From: Candidatus Latescibacterota bacterium
GTDB lineage: Bacteria > Latescibacterota > UBA2968 > UBA8231
Assembly: GCA_965206595.1 (NCBI GenBank)
Contig: OZ242214.1
Location: forward strand, 1,952,001-2,016,000
Length of the DNA: 64,000 nt
Direction: 5' to 3'
In this document: positions 17,201 through 26,397 of the stretch, piece after piece
Layout of the letters: each line of letters starts with the position of its first letter
How positions within the stretch are numbered: position 1 is the first letter of the stretch
Notes under the pieces: generated by a model
Told to the model about the DNA's origin: nothing
The model's database searches: none
The model's input: only the letters and a program-made list of their open reading frames with translations
Translations under genes and position numbers: made by a program

Positions 17201-18610
17201 ATGAAAATGCACGTAGGAGGCAGATGGATCGACAAAGCCGAGAAGATCGAAGTCCTGAACCCCTTTGATGGTTCCGTGGTGGACACGGTGCCCAAGGGAG
17301 ACGCTGCCGATGTCGACGCGGCGATTACCGCCGCCGCCGAAGGGGCCAGGATCATGGGCGATATGCCTGCGTACGAGCGCTATCAGATTCTACACAAGGC
17401 TTCGGAACTCATGACCGAGCGTCTCGAGGATCTGGCGCGCACGATCACCATGGAAGAGGGCAAGGTGATTTCCGAGGCCCGCATGGAGGCAGCGCGCGCC
17501 ACCGAGACCATCACCCTGTCGGCTGAAGAGGCGAAGCGTCTTACCGGGGAAGTTCTCCAACTCGACGGGGCCTCGAACGGAGCCGGGAAATTCGGGTTTA
17601 CGATCCGCATTCCGGTCGGTATCGTCGCCGCGGTCACGCCGTTCAACTTTCCCCTCAACCTCGTCTGTCACAAGGTCGGTCCTGCGTTGGCCGCCGGAAA
17701 CGCCGTCGTCGTCAAGCCGGCCACCGACACCCCGCTGTCGGCGTTGAAGTTGACGGAAATCCTGCTGGAGGCCGGGGTGCCCAGCGAGGCGATTCAGTGT
17801 GTGACAGGGTCGGGCGGCGTAATTGGGGACGCGATCTCCCGCGACCCCCGGGTGCGCAAGATTTCGTTCACCGGCAGCCGCAACGTCGGCGAACACATCT
17901 GCCGCCAGGCAGGGATCAAGAAAGTCACCATGGAACTCGGTTCGAACGCGCCTGTTATCGTCATGGACGACGCCGATCTCGACAAGGTCACCGACGCCAT
18001 GGCGATGACGGGTTTCGCCAACGCCGGTCAGGTCTGCATCTCGTCTCAGCGCGTTCTCGTCGACGACGGGGTGTACGGCGACGTCATCGATTCCCTGAAA
18101 CCCAAGGTGGAGAGCCTGGCGACCGGCGACCCGCTGGAAGATTCCATGAAGATGGGGCCGATGATTCGCGAGTCGGATGCTGCCCGCGTCAACGAGTGGA
18201 TCCACGAGGCGGTGGGAGCGGGAGCGACGCTGGTCACCGGGGGTGAGCGGACCGGCACGCTTCACCAGCCGACCATCGTCGCCGACGTGAAACCGGAAAT
18301 GCGCATCTCCAGCGAAGAGCTGTTCGGTCCTGCCATCGCCCTGACCCGGGTCGACGACATCGACAAGGCGATCACCATGGCCAACGACAGCAACTACGGT
18401 CTCAGCGCCTCGATATTCACCGAGAACGTCAACCACGCAATGAGGTTTGCGAGAGAGGTTCATTCCGGAAATCTCCACATCAACTTCGGCACTGTCTGGC
18501 GCGCGGACATGATGCCGTACGGCGGGGTCAAGGACAGCGGCATGGGCAAGGAGGGTCCGAAGTACGCCGTGGAAGAAATGACGGAAACCAAGATGGTGGT
18601 ATTCCACTAA
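17201..18610 (+). CDS. aldehyde dehydrogenase family protein
   Basis: TPFNFP, KPA..TP, FTGS, MELGSN, AGQVCIS (catalytic Cys), EELFGP and YGGVKDSG.GKEG. Confidence 0.96.
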   Translation: MKMHVGGRWIDKAEKIEVLNPFDGSVVDTVPKGDAADVDAAITAAAEGARIMGDMPAYERYQILHKASELMTERLEDLARTITMEEGKVISEARMEAARATETITLSAEEAKRLTGEVLQLDGASNGAGKFGFTIRIPVGIVAAVTPFNFPLNLVCHKVGPALAAGNAVVVKPATDTPLSALKLTEILLEAGVPSEAIQCVTGSGGVIGDAISRDPRVRKISFTGSRNVGEHICRQAGIKKVTMELGSNAPVIVMDDADLDKVTDAMAMTGFANAGQVCISSQRVLVDDGVYGDVIDSLKPKVESLATGDPLEDSMKMGPMIRESDAARVNEWIHEAVGAGATLVTGGERTGTLHQPTIVADVKPEMRISSEELFGPAIALTRVDDIDKAITMANDSNYGLSASIFTENVNHAMRFAREVHSGNLHINFGTVWRADMMPYGGVKDSGMGKEGPKYAVEEMTETKMVVFH

Positions 18611-18777
18611 CGAAAACGGGCATGCGGTGGTGGTTGCGCCGCCAGGCCCGGGGGACGATAACCGACAGATAGTGGGGATTCGAGGGCTGGATGAATGCTT
18701 TCTGCCGGGATGCAGATGGTTCCGGCCATTCTCAGCAGGAGCTCAGCAACCGAACATCCCATGCGCCCCCGGCGCGG

Positions 18778-18810
18778 AAAAAGGGGCTCCTTTTCAGGAG
18801 CCCCTTTTTT
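18778..18810. terminator. bidirectional Rho-independent terminator
   Basis: AAAAA-GGGGCTCCT-TTTC-AGGAGCCCC-TTTTTT between convergent genes. Confidence 0.9.
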
Positions 18811-18816
18811 GCGTAA

Positions 18817-19660
18817 TCAGGCTCCCGCCCTTCGCAGGAAGGCGGTTCGCAATCGCCCGGAAAGCGAGCCAGGAAGGCCGCATCCGATAGTCGCGCCGTC
18901 GATCGCGACTACCGGCATCACCTCGGTTGCGGTGCCACAGAGGAAAACTTCGTCGGCGTCCAGGTACTCGGCGAGAGCGCTGAACTCCTCGCGAACCGGT
19001 ATCTGCAGATCGCCCGCCAATTCGAGGATGACTTCACGGGTTATCCCTGGAAGGATGTGCGGCCCCTGAGGCGCCGTTTTGAGAACGCCGCCGACCACGC
19101 AGAACGAACTCGTCGACGCCCCTTCCGTCACCCTTTCCGCGCCGTCGATCAGCAACACCTCAAAGGCGCCGACGGCCGCGGCCTCCTGCTTTGCCAGGAC
19201 GTTGGGCAGCAGGGACACGCTTTTGATATCGCACCGTTTCCAGCGCTGATCCTCCAAAGTGATGGTGCGGACGCCTGTTTTCCAGAGGTTTGCGTCCGGC
19301 CTCAGGTTCTTTGAAGGTCATGACGACAGTGGGGGCGATTCCGGAGAAGAACTCGTGCCTCCGCGGAGCGACTCCCCTGCTGATCTGGATGTAAACCAGG
19401 GTCTCTGGGAATCCGGCGCGCTCGATCCCGGAGGCAATCGACCTGGCAACCCCCTGCCCGACGACGTCGTACCCGATTCCCAGCGCGTCGAGACTGCGCT
19501 GCAGGCGTTCGAGGTGACGGTCCATCTCGAACGGAATTCCGCCGTAGGTCGCCATGACCTCGTACACGGCGTCCGCAAACTGAAAGCCGCGATCTTCGAC
19601 CGGCACCACGGCCTGCTCGACAGGAAGAAATAACCCGTTGACGAAAGCTAGTTCGGGCAC
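18817..19660 (-). pseudogene. D-amino-acid/class IV aminotransferase, frameshifted near 19310 (pseudogene or sequence error)
   Basis: 5' frame has EDRGFQFADAVYEV and YIQISRGVAPRRH; the +1 frame has RW.RCDIKSVSLL (PLP Lys), TEG and ILPGITR. Removing one A from TTCAAAG joins them. Confidence 0.85.
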
Positions 19661-19687
19661 GGTCGATGAAGTGAGCCGATGGCTGCT

Positions 19688-20452
19688 TCAGGAGTGTTGC
19701 AGAGCCGTCCAGAGGGCGCGGTAATAACGCATCAGGCGCACCGCGTCCGGACTTTCGGGAATTTCGGCCAGACAGAATCCCCGGTAGCCCGATTCCGAGA
19801 GCAGTTCGAACAGCCGCCGCCAGGGGTAGTCGTTCCAGAGTTCGGTGATGTGGACGAGGCGGATATCCTCCTGCAGTAGGCCGAAATTCCGGTCGATCGA
19901 CCCGTCCTCCACGTCCTGGGGATTGGAATTCCAGCACACGAACAGGTTGTCCGAGCCGGCGTAGTCGAGGATGGCGCGAATGTTCCGGGGCTCGCAGGTG
20001 ACCGGTCCGTGCACTTCGAGTCTAATCTCGATGCCGGCGTCGCCTGCGAAACCGGCACATTCCGCCAGGGCCTGGCCGATCTGCTCGAACGTCTGCTCCC
20101 GCGGCACGCCCTCATCGTCGTGAACGCGGTTCGGTCTCACCTTGACGCCCGCAGCGCCGAGGTCGGCTGCCAGACGGACGTACTCCTTGGTGCCCTCGAT
20201 GTTGCGGCGCACCTCTCCGGGGTCGATGGCGTCGTATTCGAAGGCGGACCCCAGTCCGGCCAGCTCCACCCCGGACTCCTCGAAACGGGCGCGGACCTCC
20301 GCACGCTCCGCAGCCGAAAACCCCACCTCGACGCCGTGGGCATGGGTGGTGCGCAACTCCACCCCTTCGAAGCCGGTCTCCTCGCAGTTGGCGATAATCG
20401 TGTCCACGTCCCAGTCCCTGGCCAGTTGGTAGGTCACAAGACCCAGCCGCAT
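19688..20452 (-). CDS. sugar phosphate isomerase/epimerase (xylose-isomerase-like TIM barrel)
   Basis: GFEGVELRTTHAHGVE, LEVHG, CWNSN and VHI motifs; GGAGGT RBS. Confidence 0.85.
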   Translation of the reverse strand: MRLGLVTYQLARDWDVDTIIANCEETGFEGVELRTTHAHGVEVGFSAAERAEVRARFEESGVELAGLGSAFEYDAIDPGEVRRNIEGTKEYVRLAADLGAAGVKVRPNRVHDDEGVPREQTFEQIGQALAECAGFAGDAGIEIRLEVHGPVTCEPRNIRAILDYAGSDNLFVCWNSNPQDVEDGSIDRNFGLLQEDIRLVHITELWNDYPWRRLFELLSESGYRGFCLAEIPESPDAVRLMRYYRALWTALQHS

Positions 20453-20790
20453 TTCACCCTACCTCCATCGAAAAAGTCCGTTGCGGAAATCCCCTACTCT
20501 TGTCCATCCGGGCTTCCATGGCCAGCCCGGGACCGTGCTCGGCGAGAATGCCCCACCCCGTCCCCTCGTCGCCGGCAGATGGACTGCCATTGTAAAGAGC
20601 GCTTCGGTGCCGGGGAATCTTTCCTCCGCCGGCTCGAGATCTCTTCAACTCCCTGGGCCATCCCTCCTTCTGAAATCCGAGCTTGGCGCACCCAAGATCC
20701 CTTCGCCCTGTGCGACCGCATTGCCAGCCAATCGACGTCGGCGCAGACCGCATGCCACAGCTGTTCCCTGCCCCTGCCCATCAACGGCCC

Positions 20791-21447
20791 TCAGACTATC
20801 CGGAGCAACCAACGAACGGCGTTGTGCAACAGCAGCTGCACCATCGGGTGCTGCAGGGTTTCCAGGGTGTGGCCGTTGGCCAGGTAGGCTACGCGACCTT
20901 TGCCATACTCGTATGCCCAACCTGCGGGCGATTCCCTGCCATCTCTCCCGATGCTTTTCAAGAGCAGGTTCACCCGCTCGTAATCGAACCACAGGAAGTG
21001 CTGCTCGTCGACGATCTCGAAATCCGAGACACCCGCTGTGATGGGGTGGTCGCCCTGGACGACGCCAACGTCGAAAGGCAAAACCGGAGGATGTCCCTGG
21101 TAGTAGCCGCCCAGAACCCGCCGGTAGAGCCCGTTCCAGGGATAGGCCCACCCCGAATTGTGAAGGGGCAGGAAGCCGCCGCCCCTCCGCACGAAGGCCT
21201 CGACAGCCTCTTCCTGATCGGGCTGCATCCAGACTTCGTACGGCTCCTCGTACCCGTTGGGCCACTCCATGCCGTCACGGAGAATGGCGAGCAGCCGCTT
21301 GCCCTCGAGGTGCTCGTTATCCAGCCTCTTGAAATCGGTTGTGTACTCGATTTCGAGGCCGGCCGACTCTAGCGCGGGTCCGACCCCTGCAAAGGCATCC
21401 TCTGCCTTGTGGTAACGATCTCCGGCCAACAGTATCGCGTCTGCCAT
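20791..21447 (-). CDS. ThuA-like domain protein
   Basis: GD.YH, FV..GGGFL.LH, GHP, HPIT.GV.DF...DEQH and GKGRV.Y...GH. Confidence 0.85.
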   Translation of the reverse strand: MADAILLAGDRYHKAEDAFAGVGPALESAGLEIEYTTDFKRLDNEHLEGKRLLAILRDGMEWPNGYEEPYEVWMQPDQEEAVEAFVRRGGGFLPLHNSGWAYPWNGLYRRVLGGYYQGHPPVLPFDVGVVQGDHPITAGVSDFEIVDEQHFLWFDYERVNLLLKSIGRDGRESPAGWAYEYGKGRVAYLANGHTLETLQHPMVQLLLHNAVRWLLRIV

Positions 21448-21519
21448 TGGTATTCCCCCGCCCCGTCAAAGGATGGTTATCATATGGCAATCCCGCGTCT
21501 TCAACCATGCCTGGTTCAG

Positions 21520-21843
21520 ACCGGGAAGGAAACGACCTATCGGGGCCGAAATTTCAGACGTATCTCAGGACCGGATTTTGAGGGTGCAAATCCCAGGGAA
21601 CGCCTGCTTCATGTTCCCGTTCTCCAGGACGCCGACCTGCTGGAGGCGTATTTGTGCGGGCAAACCTGCGGTGAGCGGACCTCCTCCTTGCCAGAATGGC
21701 CGGTGCCGTGTTGCGAGATGCCACTTCCAGAACTGCTATCTCAACTCAACGGAGCTGACCTGGAGGGGGGGGACCTTGCATACGCCGACTTGCGCTGGAG
21801 CAAACTCTACACAGCCAACCTGAGTGCAGCGCGGCTCGAGTAC
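21520..21843 (+). pseudogene. pentapeptide-repeat protein remnant, interrupted by IS3 (short tail continues at 23214-23288)
   Basis: A(D/N)Lxx repeats across two frames (DADLLEAYL / ANLR*ADLLLARMAGAVLRDA / GADLEGGDLAYADLRWSKLYTANLSAARLEY), with an internal TGA and frameshifts. Confidence 0.65.
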
Positions 21844-22024
21844 TGAAGTGTACCCCGTCAACTGGACAGAAAGTTGGGTAAAATAAGGTGCATTTCTCAT
21901 GTTTCCTGGATCGGGGTTGTTCCCCGCACCCAATACCGGTACCGGCCGCCGGATCGTCCTTCTCCGAAGTGGCCTTTATGGGCCTGACCGAGAGGGAGAG
22001 TACGGGCACGGATGTAGATCCCCC

Positions 22025-22849
22025 TCAGGCCGCCCGGTAGACCTGAGCCGGCGTGGCATACCCCAGCGCCTGGTGAAAGCGATCCTGGTTGTAAAAATCG
22101 AAATAGCGATCCACCCCCTGCCGGATCTCGGCTACCGTCTCGTATCCCTTCAGGTAGATGTCCTCGTATTTGAGCGAACGCCACAAGCGCTCGATGAAAA
22201 TGTTGTCCCAGCAGCGCCCGCGGCCGTCCATGCTCATGCGCACCCCGGCGGCCTCGACCCGCTGCGTGAACTCGCTGCTGGTGAATTGCGATCCCTGGTC
22301 GGTGTTGAAAATCTCGGGGCGCCCCTGGGCCAGCGCCTCGTCCAGCGCTTCCAGGCAGAAGGCCGCGTCCAGGGTGTTGGCCAGACGCCAGGAGAGCACG
22401 TAGCGGGAGAACCAATCCATGACCGCCACCAGGTAAACGAAACCGCGTCGCAGCGGCAGGTAGGTGATGTCACTTGCCCATACGAGGTCGGGCCGATCGA
22501 TCACCCGCCGGCGCAGCAGATAGGGGTAGATTCGGTGCGAGGTGTCGGCGGCCGACAGGCGCCGGCGCACAGGGATCGCCTGCAGACCCAGGACCTGCAT
22601 GAGCCGGTGTACGCGTTTGTGATTGACCGCGTAGCCCTCCTGACGCAACGCCTGCACGAGGCGACGCACGCCGTAGAAAGGATAGCGGGTGTAGAGGCGA
22701 TCCAGGGCGTGCATGAGCTCGAGGCCGAACGGGTCCGGCGGCCGCGGCCGATAGTAGTAACTGGATCGCGACAGCCCCAGCAAGGCGCACTGGCGCGCCA
22801 CGCTCACCCGCGTATGGCCGACTTCGATCATCGCCCGGCGCTCAGTCAC
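22025..22849 (-). CDS. IS3 transposase OrfB (integrase core, DDE)
   Basis: WASDITY (D), FNTDQGSQF (D), DNIFIERLWRSLKYE (E) and RFHQALGYATP. Confidence 0.95.
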   Translation of the reverse strand: MTERRAMIEVGHTRVSVARQCALLGLSRSSYYYRPRPPDPFGLELMHALDRLYTRYPFYGVRRLVQALRQEGYAVNHKRVHRLMQVLGLQAIPVRRRLSAADTSHRIYPYLLRRRVIDRPDLVWASDITYLPLRRGFVYLVAVMDWFSRYVLSWRLANTLDAAFCLEALDEALAQGRPEIFNTDQGSQFTSSEFTQRVEAAGVRMSMDGRGRCWDNIFIERLWRSLKYEDIYLKGYETVAEIRQGVDRYFDFYNQDRFHQALGYATPAQVYRAA

Positions 22850-23138
22850 CGAGAGATTCGTGTTTTTTTTTCAGCCACTCCAGCTCCACCTGAAGGCGGC
22901 CGATCTGCTGGTAGAGCTCGGGAATCAACGCTGTTTCGTCCCCTTTGCCGGTCCTCGAACCGGGCCGCTGGAAAAGCTCCGGCAGGTGCTCCACCAACTG
23001 CTTCTTCCATCCGCGAATCACGTTGGGATGGAGGGAATACTTGCGCGCCAACTCGCTGATCGTGTACTGCTCGCGGGCCGCCTCCAGGGCGACTTTGGCC
23101 TTGAACTGCGGGGCATGAGAGGTGCGTTTCCTTGCCAT
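22842..23138 (-). CDS. IS3 transposase OrfA (HTH)
   Basis: FKAKVALEAA...ELARKY.LHPN.I..WKKQ and LYQQIGRLQVELEWLKKK; AGAGGA RBS. Confidence 0.93.
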   Translation of the reverse strand: MARKRTSHAPQFKAKVALEAAREQYTISELARKYSLHPNVIRGWKKQLVEHLPELFQRPGSRTGKGDETALIPELYQQIGRLQVELEWLKKKHESLGD

Positions 23139-23364
23139 CGGTTATCCTCTGGACGGAGATGATTCTCAAATATCGCACCTTAACCAACTGTCCAGTTTTT
23201 GGGGTACATTACATACTCCATGCTCTCCGATGAGGCTATGTCCCGAAAAATGGTGTACGAAGGAGCCGAACAGGGGGTCCAGAGGTGATGCCCGGTGCGG
23301 CTTGGCAACGCTGACAGTTTGCAAAAGCCGGACCCGGTCGAAGGATTCGCCGAACAGGACCCTA

Positions 23365-24087
23365 TCAAAGCAGAACCGCCAGAATCCCCGCACCGCCGAC
23401 CAGTGTCAGGGCGGCCGACCGGTAGGACCGTTCCGAAACGCGCCGCTTCAGGCGCAATCCTGCCAGGAAGCCCACCGCGATTCCAGGAAAGGAACCTGCG
23501 CTCATGGCAATCGTCTCGATTTCCAACAGGCCCCTGGTATGGAAAAAAAGGGCGATAGAGAAATGCAGGATCAGGAAATAACCGATGAGATCCGCTCTCA
23601 AGGCGGTGTGGGGCCATCGCTGCTTTAGCCCCAGAAGGACCACCGGGGGGCCGGTCATGCCGCTGACACCCCCCATCAGGCCACTGAGCAAACCGGCCCC
23701 GCAGGTGGCCATGGCGTTGCTCCTGAAGGGTTTCCCCGAATGCAGGGCCATCATCCCTGCTCCCGTCAAGGCAACCAAGCCCGTCGCCGTGCGCATCAGG
23801 CCGGCGTCGAAGGTCGCGAGAGCGTGAACACCAACGGGTACTCCGACCATGGCGCAGGCGTACAGACGTAATACGCGACCCGCGTTGATTGTGCGAAAAC
23901 AGTTGACGACGAGCAGCAGGGACAGTGGCAGCCAGCTGAGGACCACCACCGGCACTGCCTGGACAGGGGGCAGAACCAGGATGGCTATCGGCGTTGCGAC
24001 CATCGCAAAGCCGAACCCCGTCACCGAAACGACCAAGGCCGCAAACGCGAAGAGGGAGTTGAGGAAGATGGCGGTCGATAAGTCCAT
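23365..24087 (-). CDS. sulfite exporter TauE/SafE family membrane protein
   Basis: Multi-TM; TGFGFAMVA.P and G.LSG.MGG.SG..GPP internal repeat motifs. Confidence 0.85.
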   Translation of the reverse strand: MDLSTAIFLNSLFAFAALVVSVTGFGFAMVATPIAILVLPPVQAVPVVVLSWLPLSLLLVVNCFRTINAGRVLRLYACAMVGVPVGVHALATFDAGLMRTATGLVALTGAGMMALHSGKPFRSNAMATCGAGLLSGLMGGVSGMTGPPVVLLGLKQRWPHTALRADLIGYFLILHFSIALFFHTRGLLEIETIAMSAGSFPGIAVGFLAGLRLKRRVSERSYRSAALTLVGGAGILAVLL

Positions 24088-24463
24088 CGAAACTACTGAG
24101 GAGGTACGAGGCCGCGTGCGGCTCTCACGAGGCAGGTCCCCCTGGCTTGTTTAGATGGTGTCGGGGGTTGGCAGGCCGTCCCTGGAACGCCGCGCCAATG
24201 GAAAGGCTCCTCAGGCAACTTGGATCAAGCGGGCGGCAACCGGATTTCTGGAGCAGTTTTCGCGGAATGTACGTGGCGGGTGTCGGGCTACAAAACTCCC
24301 GAGCGGGATTTGTTTGTGAAGACCTTCCCGTTCTGCGGCTGCCCACAGACCGGGTGAATCCGTCAAGCAGCCCCGCCGAATCGACACGTGATTCGGGCGC
24401 AATGGCCGGCCGGGCCTGAATGGACTGTTGTTTCTCGCTCGCAGGGCTGAACTTATGCCACTT

Positions 24464-26227
24464 ATGAATGAGCAGGTGGAAACAGGATGCCTTGCCAGGG
24501 CGCGACAGATTTCCAGCACCCTCTTTCCGCATCAGGTAGAAGGGCTGGCGTTCCTGCTGGGCCGCAGGCGCTCGATACTCGCCGACGACATGGGGCTGGG
24601 GAAGACGCGCCAGTCGATTCTCGGGTTGACCGAAGCCACCGACGAAGGACCGTACCTGGTCGTCTGTCCGGCCTCGGTCAAGAGAAACTGGGTGCGTGAG
24701 ATCCTGATGGTTCTTCCCGAAACCGAGACGCATATCGCCGGCCCGGCACCAGTGCCCGAGCCGGGGTACCTTGGCTGGGTGGTCCTCAACTACGACATCC
24801 TTCACCGGCAGATCGGCGCGCTCCTTGCGCACGACTGGAAGGGGCTGGTGTTTGACGAAGCTCACTTCCTCAAGAACCACCGCTCCATCCGCAGCCGAAC
24901 AGGGACGCGCCTAGTCGCCGAGGCCGCCGGCGACCCGGTCGTACACGCCCTTACCGGGACACCGCTGGCCAACAGGCCCCGCGACCTGTTTCCCCTTCTG
25001 CGGCTGGTCGGCCACTCGCTGGGACGCAGTTTCCTCTCCTTCTCGAAGCGCTACTGCAACGGTCACAGGAACGATTATGGGTACTGGGAATCGTCGGGTG
25101 CCAGCAACGTCGAGGAGTTGTCGGTGCAGCTTTACGGTACCATGTTGCGCCGCACCAAAGCGGAAGTTCTCGACCTTCCGGACAAGGTGCGAACGTGGAT
25201 CGACATCGACGTTCCCCAGCGCGCCATCGACCGCATGAACGATGCCGTCGGGCGATTTCTGGGCTCTGATGCGGAGCGCGACCGGCGCGGCTACAGGATG
25301 GGGATCGGGATGCTCCAGGGAGCCCGCCGAACCATGGCCGCGGTAAAGGCCAGGCATACCCTCGAATTCGCGAAGGGAGCTGTAGACCAAGGGGAGAAGG
25401 TCCTTCTGTTTTCCGGGTTCGTGAACCCCATCGAGCGTTTCGCCCACCACTTCGGAAAGCAGGCCGTGGTCATTTCCGGCGAGGTTCCGCAGTCGAGGCG
25501 CCAGGCCCTCGTCGACCGCTTCCAGGAAGAGGAGGAGGTGCGCGTGTACGTCGGGCAAATCCACGCCGGGGGCATGGGGGTCAACCTGACCGCGGCCAGC
25601 CAGGTGATCTTCAACGATCTCGACTGGGTGCCGGCCAATCACTTCCAGGCCGAGGACAGGGCCCACCGCATCGGTCAGACCGGCATCGTCAACGTCACCT
25701 ACATGATAGCCAGGGGCACGATCGAGGAATTCGTGCGCACGGTCCTGGAAACCAAGGCGCAACTGGTGGACGACGTCGTCGAAGGCCGCTCCCTGGGGCC
25801 CGACCTCGACACCGACGTCCTCGCCGAGCTGAAGCGCATGCTCAAGGTCCTTGGACTGCACATGGAGACAGTTAGGGAGGACCTGTCCGGGGAGGATCTG
25901 CTTCTTAGCATGCGGGAAGCGAGCAACGCCTACCTCGAAGATCGAGGTGGCCACCTGCAGCCGGGACTGCGGGCGGCTCTCACCCCGGTTTCGGACCAGG
26001 CGATTCGCGCCCTGGCCAGCGTCCTGACCGGCCCGCGGCGACAGCTGTTCCGCTCCCGCAGCTCGCGGCAGGCTGGCCGGTTCTACAGCCTCGAAGTCGT
26101 CGGCGCGGACATCACCTGCGAGTGCAAGGGGTTTTCCTACCGGGGCGCATGCACCCACGTTCGCGAGTTGAAAGCCTGCCTGGTCGCCAGTTCGGAGCTG
26201 CCGGACGGCTTTGAGAGAATCCAGTGA
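24464..26227 (+). CDS. SNF2-family (DEAH) ATPase/helicase with C-terminal SWIM zinc finger
   Basis: LADDMGLGKT, VVCPASV, FDEAH, LTGTP..N, G.NLT.A and QAEDRAHRIGQ; C-terminal CECKGFSYRGACTH. Start at 24455 or 24464. Confidence 0.92.
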   Translation: MNEQVETGCLARARQISSTLFPHQVEGLAFLLGRRRSILADDMGLGKTRQSILGLTEATDEGPYLVVCPASVKRNWVREILMVLPETETHIAGPAPVPEPGYLGWVVLNYDILHRQIGALLAHDWKGLVFDEAHFLKNHRSIRSRTGTRLVAEAAGDPVVHALTGTPLANRPRDLFPLLRLVGHSLGRSFLSFSKRYCNGHRNDYGYWESSGASNVEELSVQLYGTMLRRTKAEVLDLPDKVRTWIDIDVPQRAIDRMNDAVGRFLGSDAERDRRGYRMGIGMLQGARRTMAAVKARHTLEFAKGAVDQGEKVLLFSGFVNPIERFAHHFGKQAVVISGEVPQSRRQALVDRFQEEEEVRVYVGQIHAGGMGVNLTAASQVIFNDLDWVPANHFQAEDRAHRIGQTGIVNVTYMIARGTIEEFVRTVLETKAQLVDDVVEGRSLGPDLDTDVLAELKRMLKVLGLHMETVREDLSGEDLLLSMREASNAYLEDRGGHLQPGLRAALTPVSDQAIRALASVLTGPRRQLFRSRSSRQAGRFYSLEVVGADITCECKGFSYRGACTHVRELKACLVASSELPDGFERIQ

Positions 26228-26397
26228 AGCGCTCTCGCCGAAGCTCATCATGAGACCCCGGGAATGCGAACCAGGACGAACGTCACCGCACGATTGAGAC
26301 TGCAGGCCAGCGGCGCGGGTGTGTGCACGGCGCCGCAAGGAACCGATTGCGCCCGGCAGTGCGCAATCATATCACGCGACCTCGGGAGATTCGAAAA

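Larger units (their letters stand above)
21844..23213 (-). mobile_element. IS3-family insertion sequence, complete (1370 bp)
   Basis: Terminal IRs TGAAGTGTACCCCGTCAACTGGACAG and TGTAATGTACCCCAAAAACTGGACAG, TG...CA ends, 3-bp direct repeat TAC (21841-43 and 23214-16), orfA plus orfB. Confidence 0.96.

Noticed and set aside
20454-20790. Small ORFs between the TIM-barrel and ThuA genes
   Set aside because: The AAGGAGG sits only 1 nt from the ATG, the translations are low-complexity, and no family was recognised.
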